Shown here one piece after another: positions 28,701-37,322 of a DNA stretch of 64,000 bases. Under the pieces are notes generated by a model that ran no database searches, had not been told where the DNA came from, and saw only the letters and a list, made by a program, of their open reading frames with translations. The position numbers and the translations under genes were made by a program. The stretch lies in IMG/VR virus record IMGVR_UViG_3300021289_000001; one strand, 5' to 3'. The DNA comes from a virus. How positions within the stretch are numbered: position 1 is the first letter of the stretch; each line of letters opens with the position of its first letter.

Positions 28701-31020
28701 ACGCCGCCATAGGCCCAGCGGCTTGACCGGCAATGCCCGCTATCCAACTGAGCGCCCCCGTTGCAAACGCTCCAAAACTGGCTATCCAGTCAGGCAGATG
28801 GGCGCCCACGGCTCTAATCAGCGCCAAAGCAATCTCGCCGCCTGCTATGCCCAGCGCCAAAGCAATCTTGCCAACGGCTTCAACCAGAGCCAAGCCAAAA
28901 CTGAGCATCGCTGGAGCGACGTTAGGAATGAGATCTGTGGCAATCCAACTAATCAAGGCGCTGGCCATGCCACCGGTTGAACCGCCGACTTGTTCTGATC
29001 CGGTGCCAGAAATGTAGTCAATTAGCCCAGCCACATAGCCGCCTAATGCGGTGATGGCGTTGGGTAGTGCATCGCCAATCCAGCTTACAGCGGCTGTAGC
29101 GTATTCGTACACCGCCGCAATAAACCCAGGCAACGCATCGCCCACAGCGGTTGCTAAAACGGTAAAAGCCATGCTTGCCGTCTGTGACAATCCACTCCAT
29201 AGCGCTTTGAGATTGTCAAAGCTGGTTTCGTTGCCGCTGACGAAATTAACAATTTCCTCTAAAGCGCCGCTTAGATTTTCTTGAATTGCTGTGGACAAAG
29301 GAACAAAAGCCGCGACTAAATCTTGAATCGCTGCGCTTACCTTGTAGGCAGCATCGGCCAACCAGTCAGGAAACACATCCTCCCAAGGATAATCATAGCC
29401 CACTAAACCGTTAGCAAAATCGCTGATAACTTGGTTGACGCCCTCGAAAATCGTAGCGACTTCATAGGCTTTATCAGCCAGCCACGGCGGAAAAATATCC
29501 TCCCACGGGAAATCTGTTGGCGTGCCATCAATAAAAGCCGCAATGCCCTCTTTAAGACCTTCAAAAACATTTGAAATCTCATAGGCTTTGTCAGCAAGCC
29601 AGTCAGGAAATATGTCTTCCCAAGGGAAATCCGTAGGCGTGCCACTGACAAACGCACCTACCACATCGGCTAACGTTTGGATGCCACTCCACAGGCTCTC
29701 TAAAATCGGCATGGTCGCATCGCGGATGCCAAACCAGTTATCATTCCACGCCGCACCCAGCAAAGCCGCAGCGCCGATGATGGCGATGACCGGTAGACTT
29801 AGCCCAGCGATAGCCGCACCGATGGCCGTTATCGCCGTGTAAAGCGCAGCGCCGCCTAGTATCGCTGCCACGCCCATCAAAGCGCCAGAGAAAGCAGCGA
29901 AGTGATCGGAGACAAACTGAATTGCATTGCTGATGCTGTAGGCGATGTCAGCCACGGTAGGCGGAAAAATATCTTCCCAGGGATAGTCGAAGCCCACGGC
30001 GCCGGCCAGGAAATCAGTTGTCAGCGCTGCCAAGCCATCTAGCACGCCAGAGATTGTTTGAGCCGCCGGTACTAACCAAGCTGGCAATAGTTTGTCCCAC
30101 GGGTAATCTTGTAGACCCACGTCAAAAAACGTCTGCACAGCATCGGCCAGAATACCAAACCAGTGAGTCAGCGCCGGCGCCACACCTGACAAGAATTGCC
30201 CCATCAGTTGAGTCATTCGCTGTTGAATCGGCAAAAACACGCTGCCGATGGTCGCCGTAATATCGGCCCAAGCTGCGGCGTTGATTTTCGTGCTATTCGC
30301 TAGACCGTCACTCGTGCGCGCAAAGTCACCCTGCGCCGTCTTGGATTGTTCCATAACTAGCGCATAGACCGCTTGTGCTTTGGCGTTGGCGTCAATGCCG
30401 TCTTTGGTTTTTGCCAAGCCCATTGCCAAGGCTTTATGTTCAATCGCCGCCGCATTGATATTAATGCCCAGCGTTTTTAAGCCGTCAGTTTCGCCGCCTA
30501 CCGCCGCCCGCAACTTATCCATGACGATGGTAGGGTCCATGTTGTTGAAGGAACCCATATCAGCGGCTAACTGTACCAAGCCCTCAGACATCTCTGTACT
30601 TTTGGCTTTACCAATGCCCATTGCATCGAACAGAGCGCCATAAGTGCCAGCGGCGTCGAGCGCCTGTAAGCTGCTGATCCCCATGCTGGTAGCAGCGGTC
30701 GATGCCCAGTCCTCTATCTGGCTACTGTTTTCACCAAAGACTACGCCGATTTTGCTAACGGTTTCGTTGAGGTCACTCGCTAGGCCGATGGCTTCAGGGA
30801 CAAAACTACCTACCGCACTGGCCGCCGCTGACATGGCATTGACCACCGCACCGCCCATGACATTAGCAACGGTTGACCCGATAGAAGAAAAGGCGCTGCC
30901 AAAGCTGGAAGACGCTTTTTCTGTAGCATTATTCGCCTTTTCGATTGCGGATGAATACTTCGCCATGCCGCTATCAAAGCCGCCTAAATCTACTACCCCT
31001 CTGAGTCCTATTTCTTCCAT
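25738..31020 (-). CDS. Tape measure protein
   Basis: 1760 aa, Ala/Gly-rich helical; ASDLNETVSK..VVFG N-terminal motif; W/F periodic repeats; SPSKVF. Confidence 0.95.
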   Translation of the reverse strand: MEEIGLRGVVDLGGFDSGMAKYSSAIEKANNATEKASSSFGSAFSSIGSTVANVMGGAVVNAMSAAASAVGSFVPEAIGLASDLNETVSKIGVVFGENSSQIEDWASTAATSMGISSLQALDAAGTYGALFDAMGIGKAKSTEMSEGLVQLAADMGSFNNMDPTIVMDKLRAAVGGETDGLKTLGININAAAIEHKALAMGLAKTKDGIDANAKAQAVYALVMEQSKTAQGDFARTSDGLANSTKINAAAWADITATIGSVFLPIQQRMTQLMGQFLSGVAPALTHWFGILADAVQTFFDVGLQDYPWDKLLPAWLVPAAQTISGVLDGLAALTTDFLAGAVGFDYPWEDIFPPTVADIAYSISNAIQFVSDHFAAFSGALMGVAAILGGAALYTAITAIGAAIAGLSLPVIAIIGAAALLGAAWNDNWFGIRDATMPILESLWSGIQTLADVVGAFVSGTPTDFPWEDIFPDWLADKAYEISNVFEGLKEGIAAFIDGTPTDFPWEDIFPPWLADKAYEVATIFEGVNQVISDFANGLVGYDYPWEDVFPDWLADAAYKVSAAIQDLVAAFVPLSTAIQENLSGALEEIVNFVSGNETSFDNLKALWSGLSQTASMAFTVLATAVGDALPGFIAAVYEYATAAVSWIGDALPNAITALGGYVAGLIDYISGTGSEQVGGSTGGMASALISWIATDLIPNVAPAMLSFGLALVEAVGKIALALGIAGGEIALALIRAVGAHLPDWIASFGAFATGALSWIAGIAGQAAGPMAAFVGGLVTTVASNLATWAAAFADYAAAAVAWLADVAGQAAGPMSTFVGGLVSEVAGNLANWTAAFADYATAGVQWITGATPKAVAAAGSYISSITGAISSGSSSITASFSEWATAAVSWLDKDAIPKIGPAVGRFIGSVTTGILAGVAAIASAALELAKALIDGFTKGDFNSAGASSGNMIIAGLRTVAHLFTELAAGFAKGFIETFNAAGWGGAAESAMASFKQGFASSAESISATTQGITDKIKTTLLSPNWQRYGSDISLFVNNGVASALPQIISTISDITTGIINAFKQPGWLQLGVDILTLIGNGLMQAASSIYSKVTEIASSMISTFNAAGWTDIGQSIIDGIGEGITNAASALKAKLKGILSDLESLAKDIIGFGSPAKEYKPLGRSIIDGIIVGMGQRAGALVDTLENVMRRLGGVGDFSATWMDWADKLYGANRALSDFSSSFSDIVSLGKSWGDLNKGMLGGDAFNASLAGYDRFNQKLQDRIKLLDIIKNNNLNPRIILQGANIATATPEQIASAIKDSAAYLANATKDRLAQEQKELQRIYDLQGAMAQFNGQLSQAETLGKHSMNFFQKIEFDQLTKQFEDLGNQLQQAQAMYVRTGDTDALGKVDKLLSDRQAILAAMQGTQPNNGLGIDNRNAMTAMLNQQSAMLDQAAKLGWNVSQVFSNYFDNADNMSTDALRKMSMLQEVMDQANFDALRKSLIEKGLNVDLNTNVSGVASSLAKQYAGSVLDPLLAKLRSVLLLENERTDALNAYNNALGITKTLQKKQDQLDFLQSQLDLIGKATSAGVNLGSIFNGIALGGGANITDLLTASNRLMDALVKKAQEQLTPEALALADKQTQLANLKTQLDLIKQAKDAGLGNENIFTGLTMGINATANDITIATTRLIDQLIKNTKKELGIASPSKVFADIGKNIVWGLGQGMEQAFSRPLMQPATVAHGPVSNRSINMSMGGVNIYTPMDEVMFENRVQRIIERAIN

Positions 31021-31836
31021 TACTTTTTCACGCTGCCTTCAGCCTGCTTTTTCAACCTATCGGATTCACTCAAATAATCTTCATAGCTTGCCATGTCGCT
31101 TTTGACGCTTTCAAAAGCCATGATCTCGGCTTTGTCATCCTCAGAGAGCAAGCGCCAACGCTGGGGAGTCAAGCCCCACTGTTTCATGACTTCCATTTCG
31201 TGAAATCTTGGGGAAGTCCACCACTTCGATCCCCGGCTCCGCAGGTTGTTGTCCTCGATCAGTTGGTCCAACGGCGTTCGTTTCTTTCCCCACGACACCG
31301 CGAAACGAAGCTCGCGCGGCGTCGAGTGTCTCCTTGTCTACGCCGGTCTCTTCCATAATGGCGTTGGTCAAGCCGCCGATGTCTTCAGCGTCAACCAACA
31401 ACTCATTCATAATGTAGTGGAATAAGCGTTCTAACGGCTCACTTGGCACTTCCACTCCAAACGCTTCTTCAAGTTCTGCCCAGCCGTTATCTTCTGGCAG
31501 CTTGATCTTGGTACCCTTGACGAAATAAAACTTGAGCATTCTTTCACTCAAGAAGGTGGCTTGCTTGGCAAGGTTGGCTTTGTATTCCGCCATTGCCGCT
31601 TTTTCTTCTGGCGTTTGTGCTGATTCGTCATCATGTTGAAACGTCTGTACACCGCCGCCCATCAGGGGCACGGTGTATGTGGGTGCGGTTGCCGGGTAAA
31701 GCTCTTGTGCTTTCTTTTGGTTCGCTTGTTGGACTTTGGCCGCTTGAAGTTGGGGAATCGGCATGATGTCGATGATATGCCCGCTGCGTGTGGTAAATGT
31801 CTTTGCCATAACTCTACTTTCTGTAAAAAGGGGCAC
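31020..31836 (-). CDS. Tail assembly chaperone pair (G/GT-like, overlapping ORFs)
   Basis: ORF 31141-31836 and overlapping +1-frame ORF 31020-31298 just upstream of the TMP. Confidence 0.7.
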
Positions 31837-31881
31837 TATAGATACTATAGTGCCCCTAGAAAAACCTTGAGAAAACCTTGA

Positions 31882-33333
31882 TTACTGGCGAGGGGCAACC
31901 TTGAGGATCACGCCGGTGCCACTGTTGATTTCACCGACCACCCAGAAGTTGTTTTCGTCCACGGCAAACCCACCGTTTAAGCCGCTGTTCGCCGGGACGG
32001 TCCAAGTCTCCCAGGTATAGCCGCCGTCGATAGTCGTTAGGATATTGCCAACAGGACTTGCGTTGTTGACTGTCAGCATACCGATCAAGTCACTGCCAGG
32101 GATAAAGGCAATGTTACGCACTTGCCCCACGCCGGAGCCGGTGAAACTACGTGCGTTCCATGTGGTGCCACCATCGGTCGTGTAGTAGAGCAAACCGTTC
32201 TGCCCGCCGACCCACATGCGGTTAGAATCCAGCACCCACACAGTGTTGAGAATGGTTGACGCTGGCGCCGTCTTGAGTGTCCAAGATGCCCCGCCGTCTT
32301 GCGTCACAGCCACAGCGCCCGCTGCACCGACCACAGCGCCTACTTTGTCAGTAGCGAAGTGGACGGCGTGGAGATTCGATGTGGTCGTGATACCAGCGTC
32401 TTGGGTTGTCCAAGTCGCGCCGCTGTCAATGCTCTTATAGATGTAGCCAGCCCCAGCCACAACCCAAATGTTATAAGGGTCATAGGCAAAGAGGCTGTTG
32501 TGATTCTGCCCAAACTGGGCATTGGTTGACCCAACGTTAACGCTGGTCCAGGTCACGCCGAGGTCATCGCTATAGGCAATGGCCATTGGTCCACCGGCGC
32601 GAGTTGTGCCAAGCGCCACGACCACACGGGTTGTTGCCCGGCCTACTTGAAAACAGGTGATCGCCGCAATCTTCTCGCTAACGGCAAACGGATCTGCCGC
32701 CGTCGCCGTCCAGGTCACACCGTAGTCATTTGTGTACAGCACATCAGGCGTGGCCGCAGCAACGTTGGCGCAACTAGCAAAGCCGGTCTTGCCCAGATCA
32801 ACGCCAGACCCGCAGAAGTGAATGTCGGTAATCGCACCGGCTTCGGATGTGCTCTTGCGGCTAACGGTCTTTTGGAAAATACGATAGACCGGCGGCAAAG
32901 CGCTGATGCCAAAGCTCATCATGCTTGGATTATCATCCGACTTGTTGACCAAATCAGACGCGCCACGTTCCCCGATGCGCACACCACCCAGCACCCATGA
33001 CCGGATGTAGTTGCCGAAGGTATCGGCGCGGCCCTGATCACGCTGATGGATGAATAGCGTGTTACCGTCACGCCCAATCATGCGCTCCAGTGCATTCTGG
33101 ATGCCTTCAACGTAGGTTGAAATGCTGGTTGTTACCGGATCAGGCGGATTGACGGTTGACGTTTTGACTTGCCAACCGCTGCCCGATGGATTAAAACAGC
33201 GGATCAACTCGTTGATGTCCCCGCCCGGCTCCGTCAATGCGTCGGCGTCGGCGCATCCAACAAAGTCGCTTTTTGTGTTTGGGCCTAATGTCTGTACAAA
33301 AATAGCCCCGTTACTAGTCTTAAGAGTCGGCAT
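31882..33333 (-). CDS. Major tail tube protein fused to BNR/YCF48-like beta-propeller
   Basis: Precedes TAC/TMP; about 160-aa tube-like N-domain then repeated S/TxDxGxTW Asp boxes. Confidence 0.7.
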   Translation of the reverse strand: MPTLKTSNGAIFVQTLGPNTKSDFVGCADADALTEPGGDINELIRCFNPSGSGWQVKTSTVNPPDPVTTSISTYVEGIQNALERMIGRDGNTLFIHQRDQGRADTFGNYIRSWVLGGVRIGERGASDLVNKSDDNPSMMSFGISALPPVYRIFQKTVSRKSTSEAGAITDIHFCGSGVDLGKTGFASCANVAAATPDVLYTNDYGVTWTATAADPFAVSEKIAAITCFQVGRATTRVVVALGTTRAGGPMAIAYSDDLGVTWTSVNVGSTNAQFGQNHNSLFAYDPYNIWVVAGAGYIYKSIDSGATWTTQDAGITTTSNLHAVHFATDKVGAVVGAAGAVAVTQDGGASWTLKTAPASTILNTVWVLDSNRMWVGGQNGLLYYTTDGGTTWNARSFTGSGVGQVRNIAFIPGSDLIGMLTVNNASPVGNILTTIDGGYTWETWTVPANSGLNGGFAVDENNFWVVGEINSGTGVILKVAPRQ

Positions 33334-33661
33334 TTTCTTCTCCTTTGATGCCCGTCAAAATCTGGTTCAAGACAGGTCCGTAAACCTGTAAAATCACGCC
33401 CGTCGCTTTTGACGGGTTGGCTTCTAAATCCTCATAAGTCCAAATGCCGACGTTGTTCAATGCCCGTGCGAAGTCGGCTGCTTTTGGTATGCGTTTGATG
33501 TGCTTGGCAAAGTCAACTCCATACGGTGCGGCGCGCTCAGGGTTTTTCACATCGCCATTCTCCACATCCTTGGATGGCACATAGCCCCGGTGTAAGCCGG
33601 TTTCGTCTGCCCATTCAATGAGCGCTTGACCCTTTTTTACCTTGATTACATTGACTATCAT
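33320..33661 (-). CDS. Hypothetical head-tail region protein
   Basis: Position only. Confidence 0.55.
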   Translation of the reverse strand: MIVNVIKVKKGQALIEWADETGLHRGYVPSKDVENGDVKNPERAAPYGVDFAKHIKRIPKAADFARALNNVGIWTYEDLEANPSKATGVILQVYGPVLNQILTGIKGEENADS

Positions 33662-34155
33662 ATTGCGTGCCCTGTCGCTTTCGCCGCTTCACTCATGGCG
33701 GCCAACATCCTCTTGCCGAATTGCCCGGCCCACTTGCGCTTGATTTTCTCGCTAAACTTGCGTGCCTTGGTGCCGGGATGGTGAACCACTTTGGCGTAAA
33801 CTACATCGCCATTAGCGCCGCCTGCCGATGAGCCGATAACGCCCGGTTGCGTCTTGGCACGGTAGCCGGTTGCAAAAACCAGCCGCTTGGCATTGACCGG
33901 CGCAATCACATGCGGCTTGGTGCCCTCATCTACAAAGCCGTAAATCTCATCACCGGTGCCCACTTCGACCGATGGCGTGCCCCCGGCTAAAGAAATTTTT
34001 ATGTCAAACTTCGGCTTATGTTTCCAAGTCTGCGTTGTGGCTTCAAAATCCTCTTTGATATCCTTGCCGACGCGCCTCAGTTCGTTGAGTAGTGCCAAGC
34101 GTGCGGCTTGCGTGTTGGGCGCTTTGGCTTTAATGGCATTGATCTTAGTGGACAT
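33658..34155 (-). CDS. HK97 gp10-like tail completion protein
   Basis: VEVGT...FVDEGTKPHVI...VHHPGTKARKF. Confidence 0.75.
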   Translation of the reverse strand: MSTKINAIKAKAPNTQAARLALLNELRRVGKDIKEDFEATTQTWKHKPKFDIKISLAGGTPSVEVGTGDEIYGFVDEGTKPHVIAPVNAKRLVFATGYRAKTQPGVIGSSAGGANGDVVYAKVVHHPGTKARKFSEKIKRKWAGQFGKRMLAAMSEAAKATGHAI

Positions 34156-34403
34156 TAGGCAGGCTCGTAGGTCTTTTCAAAGATGTCATTTTTACAAGGG
34201 TAAAATTCGCCGTTGATGCCTTTGATAATCCAGTCGCCAGGATTGGCGCGCATGATGCCCTCTAATGTTTCGATGGCTATTGAGCCAACGCCATCAAACC
34301 ACCACCCTTGAAAGTTCTTAAAAAATTCTTCAATCTCTGGTTTAGTGTCGCCTGTCCATTGAACCGCTTCGATTACAACTGGTTTCTTACGATATTTCGC
34401 CAT
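34155..34403 (-). CDS. Conserved phage protein (YRKKPVVIEAVQ...PGDWI family)
   Basis: Recognisable widespread phage motif; function unknown. Confidence 0.7.
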   Translation of the reverse strand: MAKYRKKPVVIEAVQWTGDTKPEIEEFFKNFQGWWFDGVGSIAIETLEGIMRANPGDWIIKGINGEFYPCKNDIFEKTYEPA

Positions 34404-34405
34404 GC

Positions 34406-35410
34406 TTAAATGCTGCTCCCTCGCCATAACTTGCGGCTTCTCGCCACGTTATAGGCCCATACCGCACCATCGGTCATCCCCAACGGATTATTAATTCGCT
34501 CCCTGGTTAATACCGCCGGGATCGTCGTGTCTCTTTTCCAAAGCCGGTGAATCACGTCGCACTGATTGCAGATTTCCTCTGGTAGCAGCGTATGGGCCAG
34601 GCGAATGATTGCTTCCTTCATGGTCACATCCAGCGATGTCAAACCGGACTGATAATAAAGCCTCACCAGATGCTGCTCACCGGCGCAATAGGACACCACA
34701 CAGGTCGTTGAGTCGAGCGTTATTTCGCCACGCCGCTTATGGCGGATGTAGGCGCAAACGTTCGTTACCGTTTCAGCGCAATTTGGTTGGCTTGCCACGA
34801 GTTCAGCCGTTACCGTCGCATCGTTATAAATGCGCTTTACATCAACCGTCGTCAAGAAATTACTGAGGTCGGTATAGGCCCAGCCCCATTTCGGATTAAT
34901 CACGTTGTTGACTAAACGGCAACGAGGGATCTCGATGGTTAAATTGCCGCCGCTGTACGTGATTTTGGACGGCGTGATCTCTCGTTCGCTGCCAGGGTAG
35001 TACACTTTGACTTCGCTTGTATTGCCTATCGTTGCTGCAAATGGTCCTACGACCGCCGGTTCGCCGGTGTAAGACACAACGCGCCCAGCGGCTAACGTGC
35101 TAATGGCTTGCTTGCCAGTCTGAATCAGGTTGCCGTACTGAGCCAACAGTAATCGGCTGATGTAATCCTGCTCATCTGTTACCCATGTTGGATACAGGTA
35201 GAAGCCTAGCATATCTTGCAGCAGCGTCTGCGCGTTGGCGAGCGCTCCAGCGATGGCGAGACGTTGCGCCTCGGTCCACTGCGTTCTACAGTCAAACTGC
35301 TCTTGACCGTCATAGGCCACGCCAAAGAATGCGCATTCATCGTAACTAATGAAGGCTGCATACTCGGCTAGGGATATAGCGGTATTCGGTAGAGCGCTTG
35401 GTAAGGTCAT
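34406..35410 (-). CDS. Putative head-tail adaptor/connector
   Basis: Position between capsid and neck genes; IIRLAH C-terminal adaptor-like helix. Confidence 0.5.
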   Translation of the reverse strand: MTLPSALPNTAISLAEYAAFISYDECAFFGVAYDGQEQFDCRTQWTEAQRLAIAGALANAQTLLQDMLGFYLYPTWVTDEQDYISRLLLAQYGNLIQTGKQAISTLAAGRVVSYTGEPAVVGPFAATIGNTSEVKVYYPGSEREITPSKITYSGGNLTIEIPRCRLVNNVINPKWGWAYTDLSNFLTTVDVKRIYNDATVTAELVASQPNCAETVTNVCAYIRHKRRGEITLDSTTCVVSYCAGEQHLVRLYYQSGLTSLDVTMKEAIIRLAHTLLPEEICNQCDVIHRLWKRDTTIPAVLTRERINNPLGMTDGAVWAYNVARSRKLWRGSSI

Positions 35411-35616
35411 GCTTGTTCAATAAAATGCCAGGTGTACGGAATCGGCGTTTCGTAGTGATAGCAGCAAGCTTGAAAAAACACCCCATTCTCTGCGGCGTCA
35501 AACACTTGAAGATCAACGTTGGTTGAATCGGTGATATTGACCACAATGGCCGGGCGATGCGTGCCATCCGCCATAACAAAATGAACCCTTGCGCCAATAT
35601 ATAATGTGCTGTCCAT
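35407..35616 (-). CDS. Hypothetical phage protein
   Basis: Coupled ORF. Confidence 0.55.
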   Translation of the reverse strand: MDSTLYIGARVHFVMADGTHRPAIVVNITDSTNVDLQVFDAAENGVFFQACCYHYETPIPYTWHFIEQA

Positions 35617-35628
35617 GATATTATCCCC

Positions 35629-36495
35629 TTATCGAAAGATGATTCTTGCGTAACCGTCGCCGCCATTACCGCCAGCGCCGGAATTGTTACCATTGAGTGA
35701 AGCACCGCCGCCGCCGCCGCCGCTGCCCCGAATGCCATTGCCGCCATTGCCGCCTGTGGTAATACCACCACCACCACCACCGCCACCATTAGCGGGCATA
35801 GAAGACAGGGCAGGCGCAGGCGCTGATGTACCATTAGCGCCGGTAGCCGCGCCGCCAGCGGTGCCGCCTGATGCGCCAGAAAAACCGCGCCCGCCTTGCC
35901 CACTCGTGCCACCGGCGCGCGGCGTGTTGGTTGCATCGATACCGCCACCGCCAGCACCGCCGCCCGGCGCCACACCATTGACCAGCGACGTGGTTGGGGT
36001 TGCGCTTGCGCTACTGTTGCCGCCACCATTGTTTGACCATACAGCCGCCGTAGATGATCCACCGCCAGCAGAACCAGCCGCCGCTGTGCCACCGCTGCCA
36101 CCTGTACCGGCGACCGCATTGGCGATAATGTTACCGCCAACGGTCAACGTGGTTGCGGCGCTGCCATTTGAACCAGCGCTACCATCTGTATCGTCTGTCG
36201 TTTTTGCCGCTGCACCTGCGCCGCCTGCACCGACCACAAGCGTCACCGTGGTGCCAGGGCCACCTAGCTCGGCAATCGAGTAGACAAATGGCGTGTAGCC
36301 GCCACCCGACGCACCACCACCACCAAAACGCGTGCTACCCGCTGCGCCACGGCGCCCACTGCCGCCGCCGCCGCCAGGACCGATAAGCACACCCTCCATC
36401 GTGGTGTAACCAGTTGGGATGACAATCGGCGTAGTGCCCGGCGAAGCGTAATCTTGGACATTCGGTATCGGTGACGGATTAACAATTGAACTCAT
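35629..36495 (-). CDS. Glycine-rich virion protein
   Basis: IGPGGGGGSG and GGxGGxG repeats typical of phage Gly-rich domains. Confidence 0.75.
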   Translation of the reverse strand: MSSIVNPSPIPNVQDYASPGTTPIVIPTGYTTMEGVLIGPGGGGGSGRRGAAGSTRFGGGGASGGGYTPFVYSIAELGGPGTTVTLVVGAGGAGAAAKTTDDTDGSAGSNGSAATTLTVGGNIIANAVAGTGGSGGTAAAGSAGGGSSTAAVWSNNGGGNSSASATPTTSLVNGVAPGGGAGGGGIDATNTPRAGGTSGQGGRGFSGASGGTAGGAATGANGTSAPAPALSSMPANGGGGGGGGITTGGNGGNGIRGSGGGGGGASLNGNNSGAGGNGGDGYARIIFR

Positions 36496-36498
36496 AAT

Positions 36499-36891
36499 TT
36501 ACCCCTGTGCGTACATGACGCGGCCAGATACCTGAACCGCCACCGAACTATTGATAATGAAAGCGCCGCTGATCATAAAGCGTGGCAACCAACCCAGCGG
36601 ATCAAGCACCATCGCGCCGCCTTGGTTAAAGGTCATTGCGCCGGTCAGGTTGGTTGAACCATCTTTGAAGGTCAATACGGTTGCCCCGGCCACGGTGAAG
36701 AACAGGCCAAACACACGAATCGTTTGCCCAGCGACAGCAGCAATAATCTGATTGTCGCCGCTGCCACTGAAGGAGATCGGCGTGCTAATCAAGCCAGTGG
36801 GCAGCGTGGTTGCCAGTGCGCCCTGTCCTACTGCAACATAGGCAATCGGCGTCGCATCGCCCACGCGGGCTACAGCATCTTCAAATCTCAT
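36499..36891 (-). CDS. Putative virion decoration protein (paralog of 36894-37322)
   Basis: Shares SGDN..I/V..QTIRV..LF..V...FKDG...AVQVSG with its neighbour. Confidence 0.6.
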   Translation of the reverse strand: MRFEDAVARVGDATPIAYVAVGQGALATTLPTGLISTPISFSGSGDNQIIAAVAGQTIRVFGLFFTVAGATVLTFKDGSTNLTGAMTFNQGGAMVLDPLGWLPRFMISGAFIINSSVAVQVSGRVMYAQG

Positions 36892-36893
36892 AA

Positions 36894-37322
36894 TTAGGTG
36901 CTCTTTGTGTAGTACAACATGCCGCTGACTTGCACGGCTGCCGATAAATTCAAGATAAGGCCATTGCCAGATGTGGTAATGAAATAAGGCTCGCCATCGA
37001 AGTCGAAAGCTAGACTGGCATAGGCTTGGAGCGGTAGCGCCGGGTGAAAGTCACTCCCGGCGCCGTCTTTGAATTTGAGATTGACCGCCGCTGCCACCAC
37101 GAGGAATAGCCGATGCACGCGAATGGTTTGCAAAGCTGTACCACTGACCAGCGTGTTATCGCCGCTAGACGCCGCGTTGATCGCAACCGCCGTCATTTTG
37201 GCGACCTTGGGAACCTCGCGCGAGTTAACGGGCACTTTAGCGTTCGCAGCGTCAACACCGCTGTTACCTGTGTCAGTTAAATAGAGTGGATTGCCGTCTG
37301 CGTCTTTGCCCTTATAAGCCAT
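36894..37322 (-). CDS. Putative virion decoration protein (paralog of 36499-36891)
   Basis: Same shared motifs. Confidence 0.6.
   Translation of the reverse strand: MAYKGKDADGNPLYLTDTGNSGVDAANAKVPVNSREVPKVAKMTAVAINAASSGDNTLVSGTALQTIRVHRLFLVVAAAVNLKFKDGAGSDFHPALPLQAYASLAFDFDGEPYFITTSGNGLILNLSAAVQVSGMLYYTKST

Noticed and set aside
25808-31105. Many plus-strand ORFs antisense to the TMP and other late genes
   Set aside because: No SDs or recognisable motifs; typical antisense shadows.
35346-36386. Long alternative-frame ORFs (264, 199 aa) over the Gly-rich gene
   Set aside because: Shadow ORFs produced by GGC/GGT codon repeats.
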